A DNA stretch of 64,000 nucleotides from Abditibacterium sp. (lineage in GTDB: Bacteria > Armatimonadota > Abditibacteriia > Abditibacteriales > Abditibacteriaceae). The notes beneath the pieces are model-generated. The model had not been told where the DNA came from, made no database searches, and was given only the letters and a program-made list of their open reading frames with translations. Below, one piece after another: positions 57,235 through 64,000 of the stretch. Position numbers and translations under genes: made by a program. The stretch lies in the NCBI GenBank assembly GCA_965246885.1, contig OZ251992.1, positions 3,168,001-3,232,000 on the forward strand, given 5' to 3'. Numbering within the stretch: position 1 is the first letter of the stretch; each line of letters begins with the position of its first letter.

Positions 57235-58872
57235 TTACGACACGGCCCGTAGTTCCACGCCCCGGTAATACCAGTTCAGAATCCGCCGCGCGTCCCAACC
57301 CGCTTTGGCGTGGTTTTGCGCGCCGCGCTGACACATCCCCACGCCGTGCCCCCAGCCCGCGCCCGCGAAAGTCCAGCCCGTCACCATCCCATCGACGCCC
57401 CGTTGCGGCGTCACGACGAATAGGGAAGACGGCAGCGCCGTCGTGGAACCTAAGCGCTTAGAGAACATGGCGCGGATAGGGCCATCGCTTTCGAGGGTGA
57501 CGGTTTTGATAGGGATGTTTACGGACAGCACGTCTATGCCATCTGGTCGCGGCGTCGGCTTGGGAACTGGGGTCGGCATGGCTTTCTCGCGCGCGGCGTC
57601 AACGCCTGTCACCTTCACGCGCCGCGCCCTTCCTGACGGTGCGCGGGTCTCCACCTCGATGCTCAGGACGCGCGAGAGGCCCTGCGCCGCGAACGCCCTG
57701 CTCGCTTCTTCGACCGAGACGAATTGGCTCCAGCGATATTTGCGCGCTTCGTAGCGCGTGGACGCGAGGCCGTCGGGGCGGGCGAACGAGGGGAAGGGCT
57801 GCGCGACGAACTGCGCCCATTTGCTCTCGCTCATGGCGCCCCGAAAGAGGGGTTCGAGCGGCGACCACGCCGGGAAGTCGCGCACGCTTTGCAAATACGG
57901 CACATCGCCGCGCCACACGTCGCGCGCGGCGGCTGTGACGCCGCCGGAGTTGGTCGAATACACCGCGTCTATCGGGCGCCCGCCGTAGTAGAGGGCGAGT
58001 CCGCTCGTTTGTTCGACCGCCACCGTCGTCGTGGGCTTCTCGTTCTCGACGCCGGGATAGCCTTGGCAGGCGTCGTAATCGCACACATCGAAGCCGCCGG
58101 GCGCGTAGCGGCGGGAGTTCTTGAAGTCGAGCGTCTTGGTGCGCGCACAAATGGCCTGCGCTTTGAGGGCTTCAAGGGGCGCTTTCGGTGACATCTCCCA
58201 AGGCACGACGCCCTTCAAGTAGTCCTCCAATCCGACGACGTTCACAAGTGCAAGGGCACCCTTGCGATGGTTCGCTTCGAGCGACAGTTGCGGGAACACC
58301 TCGAACGCGCCGCGATAAGGCCGCCCATAACGCGGCGATTTGCCGTTGCTCGTGGCGCGCGCAAACGCGCTTCCAAGGGGCGAGACTTGGATATGGCTCC
58401 AGCCGCGTAGCGTCTGTCGGTCGGCTTGCACCGTGATGGGGCCGCGAAACACAGTAGCCCCGACGCGCTCCGATTTGGGCGCGCCCATCACGAACAAGAC
58501 CGACGCACCGGGCGCGAGGGTTTGAACGTGCGCGGGTTGTTCTTGGTCGCGCAGGAGGGCGCCGCCGGGGAAGTAGAGTTGCAACGGCCCGCCCGCCGTC
58601 GAAAGCCCCACGCGCACCGCGTTCTGCGGAACTGGAACGGGAGTCGGGGCGATAATGGCCGTTGGCGCGGGTTTGGCGACCGGCCCACCGAGGGGAGTGC
58701 TTTCATCCGGTGGAGCGGCGGCGGGAGGTGTTCGCGTGCCCGGCGCATCGGGAAGCGCGGCAAGGGGATTGGGCGAAGCGCCGGACTGCGCGTAGGAAGT
58801 GCGAAACTGCATGCGCCCCGCAAGCAAGAGCGCACCCGCGACCGGCACCAGCAAAAGCAATCGAGGAGACAT
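57235..58872 (-). CDS. SpoIID/LytB domain protein (lytic transglycosylase-like)
   Basis: VNVVGLEDYLKGVV.WEM, EALKAQAICART, GWGHGVGMCQ.GA. Confidence 0.92.
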   Translation of the reverse strand: MSPRLLLLVPVAGALLLAGRMQFRTSYAQSGASPNPLAALPDAPGTRTPPAAAPPDESTPLGGPVAKPAPTAIIAPTPVPVPQNAVRVGLSTAGGPLQLYFPGGALLRDQEQPAHVQTLAPGASVLFVMGAPKSERVGATVFRGPITVQADRQTLRGWSHIQVSPLGSAFARATSNGKSPRYGRPYRGAFEVFPQLSLEANHRKGALALVNVVGLEDYLKGVVPWEMSPKAPLEALKAQAICARTKTLDFKNSRRYAPGGFDVCDYDACQGYPGVENEKPTTTVAVEQTSGLALYYGGRPIDAVYSTNSGGVTAAARDVWRGDVPYLQSVRDFPAWSPLEPLFRGAMSESKWAQFVAQPFPSFARPDGLASTRYEARKYRWSQFVSVEEASRAFAAQGLSRVLSIEVETRAPSGRARRVKVTGVDAAREKAMPTPVPKPTPRPDGIDVLSVNIPIKTVTLESDGPIRAMFSKRLGSTTALPSSLFVVTPQRGVDGMVTGWTFAGAGWGHGVGMCQRGAQNHAKAGWDARRILNWYYRGVELRAVS

Positions 58873-58910
58873 TGATTTCAGCCGCACCGCGCGGCACTGC
58901 CCTTTAGTTT

Positions 58911-60026
58911 ATGGCGAAAAAAACCAAACCCGAACCCGCCACTTCCGCGCCGCCCGGTACCAAGGGCACCGCGTCCACTCCCAAAAAGGAGCGCCCCACC
59001 CCACCCGCCCCCGTCATCCCCGACCCGGACGCCGAAAAAGCGGCCTTGCTCGAAGGCGTCGTGATGCGCTCTGGCGGCGGCTTCTACGAAGTGGACGTGC
59101 CCGATGAAGAGGAGCGGCTATTGTGTTCCTTGGGCGGTCGCCTCAAAAAGGGCAAGCGGTCGTGGGCGCAGCCGGTCGCTGTGGGAGATCGGGTACGCGT
59201 CCGTGCGCTCGAAACGTCGGGCAAAAACGCGCGCGGCGAGGAGTGGCGCGAAGGGTTCATTGAGGAGTTACTGCCGCGCACCTCGCAGTTAGGCCGCTCG
59301 CGCTTCAACAAAACCGCGCAAATCACGCTCGCCAACTTGGATCAGGTCGTCATCGTGATGGCGACGCGCGAACCCGACGTGAACTTGCACCGCCTCGACC
59401 GCTTCCTCGTCTTGGCCGAAGCCAACCGCCTGCGCGCCGTTGTGTGCCTGAACAAGACCGATTTGATGGACAAAAAGGAAGTCAAGCGCGACATCGAACC
59501 CATCGCTCAGCTTTACCGCGACCTCGGCTACCCCGTCATCCTCACCAGTGCGCTTCCCGAAGAAGACAAGGGGCGCAAGACGCTCGCCAAGGAACTCAAG
59601 GGCCGCATCTCCGCGTTCATTGGCTCGTCCGGCGTGGGCAAATCTTCCTTGGCCATGATGATTGACCCCGACTTGCAACTGTGGGTGGGCGACGTGATGG
59701 ACATCGGCAAAGGCCGCCACACCACCACCGACGTAACGCTGCATCCCCTCGAAAAAGGCGGCTACATCGCCGACACCCCCGGCGTCAAAACCGTCGCGCT
59801 ATTGGAAGGCACGGAAATCAACCTCAGCGAATGCTTCCCCGAAATGCGCGGGCGCGAGTCGAAGTGCAAGTTCGCCAACTGCACGCACCGGAGCGAGCCG
59901 GGTTGCGCCGTCAAAGCCGCCGTCGAGAAGGGCAAAATCGCCGCCTCGCGCTACGAGTCCTACACCCGCTTGTTCGAGGAAAAAGAGGCCGTCCCGACGC
60001 GGTATCCCAAGAAGGATGAGGAGTGA
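58911..60026 (+). CDS. rsgA: ribosome small subunit-dependent GTPase A
   Basis: NKTDL, GSSGVGKSS, GRHTTT, DTPG, CKFANCTH..EPGC. Confidence 0.95.
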   Translation: MAKKTKPEPATSAPPGTKGTASTPKKERPTPPAPVIPDPDAEKAALLEGVVMRSGGGFYEVDVPDEEERLLCSLGGRLKKGKRSWAQPVAVGDRVRVRALETSGKNARGEEWREGFIEELLPRTSQLGRSRFNKTAQITLANLDQVVIVMATREPDVNLHRLDRFLVLAEANRLRAVVCLNKTDLMDKKEVKRDIEPIAQLYRDLGYPVILTSALPEEDKGRKTLAKELKGRISAFIGSSGVGKSSLAMMIDPDLQLWVGDVMDIGKGRHTTTDVTLHPLEKGGYIADTPGVKTVALLEGTEINLSECFPEMRGRESKCKFANCTHRSEPGCAVKAAVEKGKIAASRYESYTRLFEEKEAVPTRYPKKDEE

Positions 60027-60050
60027 TGAGGCGTAAGGAAGAGTGGCGCA

Positions 60051-60515
60051 TCACGCCACTTTGAAGTGTTGAAGCGTCTCGCGTATCTCGATGGGCATCA
60101 ACTCGCGCGCGTTCGGCGTTTCGGGGTCGAGAAGAACGTAAGTCGCGGCGGGCAGGTGCTTCAATTTGACGAACAAAGCGAGCGTTGTCATTTGCATCTG
60201 CGTAAACGCGAACATCTGACTCTCAAGAGGAAATGGCTTCTTCTTTATCCACTGCGACACCGTTTCAGGAGAGGAAAAAACAGGCAAGATATGGCGACCC
60301 GCTTTGTCGTACTCAAACAAGCGTCGGTTCTGCTCACCCGCCGTTTCTTCGGCATCTCGGCGGAGTCGCTCACCAATCTCCTCGCTCGTGGCGTTTGCAA
60401 ACTGAAAGTCTGGTGGGTTGCTTTGGTTCAAGCTAACAACCCATAATTGCCCCTCACCTAATTCCAGCAAGAACGGACTAACCTTCGGGCCGAACAGCTT
60501 TTTGAACGGGTTCAT
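60051..60515 (-). CDS. hypothetical protein (SseB-like)
   Basis: ILPVFSSPE and VLLDP segments; AGGA upstream. Confidence 0.5.
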   Translation of the reverse strand: MNPFKKLFGPKVSPFLLELGEGQLWVVSLNQSNPPDFQFANATSEEIGERLRRDAEETAGEQNRRLFEYDKAGRHILPVFSSPETVSQWIKKKPFPLESQMFAFTQMQMTTLALFVKLKHLPAATYVLLDPETPNARELMPIEIRETLQHFKVA

Positions 60516-60532
60516 CCTCCCTAATTTAGCGC

Positions 60533-60562
60533 AAAAAAGCCACCGGCAAATGTCGGTGGCTT
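60533..60562 (-). terminator. intrinsic terminator of 60579-60794 gene
   Basis: AAGCCACCGGCA/TGTCGGTGGCTT stem with T-tract on the minus strand. Confidence 0.65.
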
Positions 60563-60578
60563 CGCTTCTTCCCCAACC

Positions 60579-60794
60579 TTACGGGATGTCGGGGGTGCCC
60601 GATTCGCGCGAGGGCTTGAGCAGCTTGTTATACAGGCCGAAGTTGAAGATGGTGGGTGCCCACAGGCCCACGAAGATGCCCTCCAACTTTTTCCCGGTGG
60701 CGAAGAGGTAAATCGCCAGCAGAATCGAGCCGAAGACGCCGCCGTAGTAGACGCTGCTCGGCAGGTTCTCGATGCTTTCCATGATGTCTTCCAT
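60579..60794 (-). CDS. small two-TM membrane protein
   Basis: AAAGGA upstream; IFVGLWAPT..FGLYNKL segment. Confidence 0.7.
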   Translation of the reverse strand: MEDIMESIENLPSSVYYGGVFGSILLAIYLFATGKKLEGIFVGLWAPTIFNFGLYNKLLKPSRESGTPDIP

Positions 60795-60909
60795 GATTGT
60801 TTTGGGTGTCCTTTCGTTGCGAGGAACGATGGGCGCCCAAACTGGCAATTCGCGCGCCGTAAGGCAACTCCCGCGCAATTCGGTTAAAGTTTGCGTGGAG
60901 ACTTTTCTC

Positions 60910-61458
60910 ATGATTATCCCGCTGGCCCTTCTCGCTGTGCTGGTCGTGGCGCTCATCGCCGTTTACAACCGCTTGGTGCGCTTGCGGCAAAGCGTGCGCG
61001 CGTCGTGGAGCGGCATCGAAACCGAACTCACGCGCCGCTATGACTTGATCCCTAACCTTGTGGAAACCGTCAAAGGCTACGCCAAACACGAGCGCGAAAC
61101 TCTCGATGCCGTCATCTCCGCGCGCAACGCTGCCAAGTCCCAGCTTAGCTCACCGGAAGAGTTAGCTAAGTCGGAGGGGCAACTGGGTGGGCAGATGCGG
61201 AGTTTGTTCGCGCTCGCCGAGTCGTATCCCGACCTCAAAGCGAACTCGAACTTCTTGCAACTTCAAAGCGAACTGGCGAACACGGAATCGCGCTTGGCGA
61301 CGATGCGCCAAGGCTACAACGCGCAGGTGCAGGAACTCAACACGGCGGTGGCGTCGTTCCCGGCAACGATGCTGGCGGGGCCGATGGGGTTCAAGGCGGA
61401 GCCATATTTTACGGTCGAAGACCCGCAAGCGCGGCAGGCCGTGCGCGTGCAATTCTAA
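60910..61458 (+). CDS. lemA: LemA family protein
   Basis: YNRLV, RRYDLIPNLVETVKGYAKHE, ESYPDLKA, YN..V. Confidence 0.94.
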   Translation: MIIPLALLAVLVVALIAVYNRLVRLRQSVRASWSGIETELTRRYDLIPNLVETVKGYAKHERETLDAVISARNAAKSQLSSPEELAKSEGQLGGQMRSLFALAESYPDLKANSNFLQLQSELANTESRLATMRQGYNAQVQELNTAVASFPATMLAGPMGFKAEPYFTVEDPQARQAVRVQF

Positions 61459-61537
61459 ACTACAGCCCGTTCTTCTTCTGGCGCCGCTCTTTTCGGGGCG
61501 GCCATTGTTTTCATTCCTCTTTCTGAGCGGCATTTTT

Positions 61538-63061
61538 ATGGCAAAAGCGGTAGGCATCGACCTTGGCACAACTTACACAGCCGTCTCCATCGTGGACGAA
61601 TACGGCAAACCCACCATCCTCAAAAACGCGGATGGGCAGGTCACAACTCCTTCGGTTGTGTTCTTCGACCCGCCCAACTACACCGTTGGCGAAACGGCGC
61701 TTCAATCCACCATCACGGACTCCGACCGCGTGGTGCAATTCATCAAACGCTTCATGGGGCAGTCGGGCTACCGCGTCCACATAGACGGCAAAGAGTATTC
61801 GCCCGAATTCGTGTCGGCGCTCATCCTTCGCAAAGTCGTCAAAGACGCCGAAATGGAATTGGGCGAGGACATAGACTCCGCCGTCATCACCGTCCCCGCC
61901 TACTTCACCGAGCAGCAACGTCACGCGACCCTCGAAGCCGGGGAGTTGGCGGGCCTCAAGGTGCTGCGCATCATTTCCGAGCCAACGGCGGCGGCGCTTT
62001 CGTATGGCATCCAGCGCCGCGCCAACAACAAGAAAATCCTCGTCTACGACCTTGGCGGCGGCACCTTCGACGTGACGGTTCTCGAATGTAACGAGAACGA
62101 TTTCAACGTCTTGTCGGTCGGCGGCGACCACCGCTTGGGCGGCAAGGACTTCGACGACCGTATCGTGGGCTTTGTCGAAGACCAAATCAAAGCCAACTAC
62201 GGCGCCGACATTTCGGGCGACGTCGAATTAGCGGCGGAACTGCGCCTTAAATCCGAAGCCGCCAAGCGCCAACTCACCGGACGCCAAAGCGTGCCCGTGC
62301 AACTCAAAGTCCCCGACCAGAACAATCCGGGCCGCGCCATGCCGGTCAAAATCGAAATCTCCCGCGAAGCCTTCGAGGAAGCGACCTCTGACCTGATGGC
62401 CCGCACCGAGATGCTGCTCGAGTCCGTCCTCGCCAAAGCCGACTTGGAATGGAGCGACATAGACGAACTGCTCTGCGTTGGCGGCTCGTCGCGCATGCCG
62501 ATGGTTTCGGCCATGCTCTCCCGCTTATCGGACAAGAAGCCGCTCCTTCACGACCCCGACGAGTGCGTCGCCAAGGGAGCCGCCCTGCAAGCGGCCATCC
62601 TCGTGGGCGACGAGGGCACGCGCCCCGAAATCACGGTCGGGCACGTTCTGTCCCACTCGCTTGGCGTCGCGGTAATCTCCAACGGCAAGCCCGTCATTGA
62701 CCACATCATGCCCAGCCTGACCCGCCTGCCCGCCACCGAGCGGCGCGAGGGTTACACCACCACCACCGACAACCAAAGCGTGGTGCAAATCCGCATCTAC
62801 GAGGGCGAGTCGAGCGACCCCGCTTCCTATGGAAAAGGCCCCATCGGGGTCTTCAACCTTGACACCACCCCGACGCGCCCCAAAGGGCAACCCAAGCTCG
62901 CTGTCGAGTTCCGGTGCGACGAGGATGGCCGCATCACCGCCCTCGCCAAGGACTCCGACACCGGCAAAGAGAACTACCTCACCATCTCCCTCGCCGGACA
63001 GCGCACCGAGTTCGAGATCTCCGACGAATCCCAACTCATGAGCGAAGCCACCGTTTCCTGA
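61538..63061 (+). CDS. Hsp70/DnaK paralog lacking the C-terminal lid
   Basis: GIDLGTT, TVPAYF, EPTAAA, DLGGGTFD, GGSSRMP; 507 aa. Confidence 0.9.
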   Translation: MAKAVGIDLGTTYTAVSIVDEYGKPTILKNADGQVTTPSVVFFDPPNYTVGETALQSTITDSDRVVQFIKRFMGQSGYRVHIDGKEYSPEFVSALILRKVVKDAEMELGEDIDSAVITVPAYFTEQQRHATLEAGELAGLKVLRIISEPTAAALSYGIQRRANNKKILVYDLGGGTFDVTVLECNENDFNVLSVGGDHRLGGKDFDDRIVGFVEDQIKANYGADISGDVELAAELRLKSEAAKRQLTGRQSVPVQLKVPDQNNPGRAMPVKIEISREAFEEATSDLMARTEMLLESVLAKADLEWSDIDELLCVGGSSRMPMVSAMLSRLSDKKPLLHDPDECVAKGAALQAAILVGDEGTRPEITVGHVLSHSLGVAVISNGKPVIDHIMPSLTRLPATERREGYTTTTDNQSVVQIRIYEGESSDPASYGKGPIGVFNLDTTPTRPKGQPKLAVEFRCDEDGRITALAKDSDTGKENYLTISLAGQRTEFEISDESQLMSEATVS

Positions 63062-63117
63062 GCGAGCGTTACACTCCAGCCCCGCGCGGCACGCGCGGGG
63101 CCTTCAGGTGTCTCTGG

Positions 63118-64000
63118 CTACTTCACCCGCCACAAATACAGCGCGTTGTCGTCGCCACACCCTGCCAGCGTTGTTCCATCGGGCGAAAAGGCCACGCTTG
63201 CGGCCTGCGTCCCCGCCATTTGAAGCAGGCGCAACAGCTTCCCCGTATGCGCGTCGCGCAACGAGATTTGCCCGTCGCCCCGCGCGCCCGCGAGTAGCAA
63301 TCCATCGGGCGAAAAGGCGTGCGCCCCGACGCCTCTGCTTCCTTCCGTCCACTTCGCCGCGACGGTGCGAGTCTTCAAATCCCACACCGTCACGCGCCCC
63401 GACGGGTTATCGTTTCCCTTGGCATCATACACATCGGCGCTCCACGCCACCGCGAGAAAGCGCGAATCCGGCGAAAACGTGAGCGCCCAGATGTCACATT
63501 GCAGATGGTCGGAAGGAACAATGAGCGGCGGCATACGGCTTTTGCGTTTTGCCCCATCGCGCAGGATAATGGTGCCACTTTGGTCGTCAACGATCCACGC
63601 GGTTGTATGTCCGTCCGGCGCGAACGCCCCGAAACGGTCGAGGTCAGCGTCGGCGTCCTTCTTACCCCGTCCCGATGTCACCTTGCTCACCTTGCCGCTC
63701 CGCACGTTGCGTTGCTCCACCGCAGCGTCCTCCGAGTACGCCACATCGCCGGTTCCCGGCACCGAATGGGCGTAAGCGCCGCCACTACCGTGTTGGGAAG
63801 GAACTGGCGGCGCCGCGTGCCCCGTTGCCAAATCCCAACGATACATGCCTATTTGACTGATGGAAGTCGCGCCGACCAGCGTGCGCGAATCGCCCGAAAA
63901 ACAAATCGAAGTGGCGTACACGTCCTCCCAATGCCGGTGCCCTTCCACGCGCGGCGCTCGGAAGCGCGTCGGCGCCACTGCCCGCCACACGTCCACTCCA
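63118..64000 (-). CDS. WD40-repeat protein (5' end beyond window)
   Basis: FSPDG..LA.....DG.I.L.D and .VWD repeats. Confidence 0.85.
   Translation of the reverse strand, partial: GVDVWRAVAPTRFRAPRVEGHRHWEDVYATSICFSGDSRTLVGATSISQIGMYRWDLATGHAAPPVPSQHGSGGAYAHSVPGTGDVAYSEDAAVEQRNVRSGKVSKVTSGRGKKDADADLDRFGAFAPDGHTTAWIVDDQSGTIILRDGAKRKSRMPPLIVPSDHLQCDIWALTFSPDSRFLAVAWSADVYDAKGNDNPSGRVTVWDLKTRTVAAKWTEGSRGVGAHAFSPDGLLLAGARGDGQISLRDAHTGKLLRLLQMAGTQAASVAFSPDGTTLAGCGDDNALYLWRVK

Overview
GC-rich bacterial chromosomal window, mostly housekeeping: cysC, der-plsY-gpsA-hup, murG, a phosphohexomutase, rny-spoVS, hisC-aroF-tyrA-aroA, cysS-eno-ftsB-lnt, nnr, rpmB, rsgA, lemA and a DnaK paralog. The mix of rny/spoVS/SpoIID with lnt, a probable outer-membrane barrel and prepilin/H-X9-DG proteins suggests a diderm Terrabacteria lineage such as Abditibacteriota/Armatimonadota (inference only). 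I saw no rRNA, tRNA, CRISPR array, integrase or transposase. The most notable non-housekeeping signals are: (1) an orphan primase-like plus Rep-initiator-like pair near an MBL exonuclease/GIY-YIG pair (20.5-26.8 kb); (2) a dispersed 21-bp tandem-repeat family at four loci, one inserted in frame in the primase-like gene; (3) a REP/REPIN-like nested palindrome family whose two arms co-vary within each copy; (4) a triple CTTTATAAAG palindrome upstream of hup; (5) a sigma54-type promoter before a tiny protein with a sortase-like tail; (6) a rod-shaped RNA candidate upstream of rny; (7) odd domain architectures (J-domain+HTH, stand-alone EF-G domain IV-like, LRR+immunity-like, lidless Hsp70). All product calls come from motif recognition by eye, not database searches, and several start codons are my own choice within longer ORFs.
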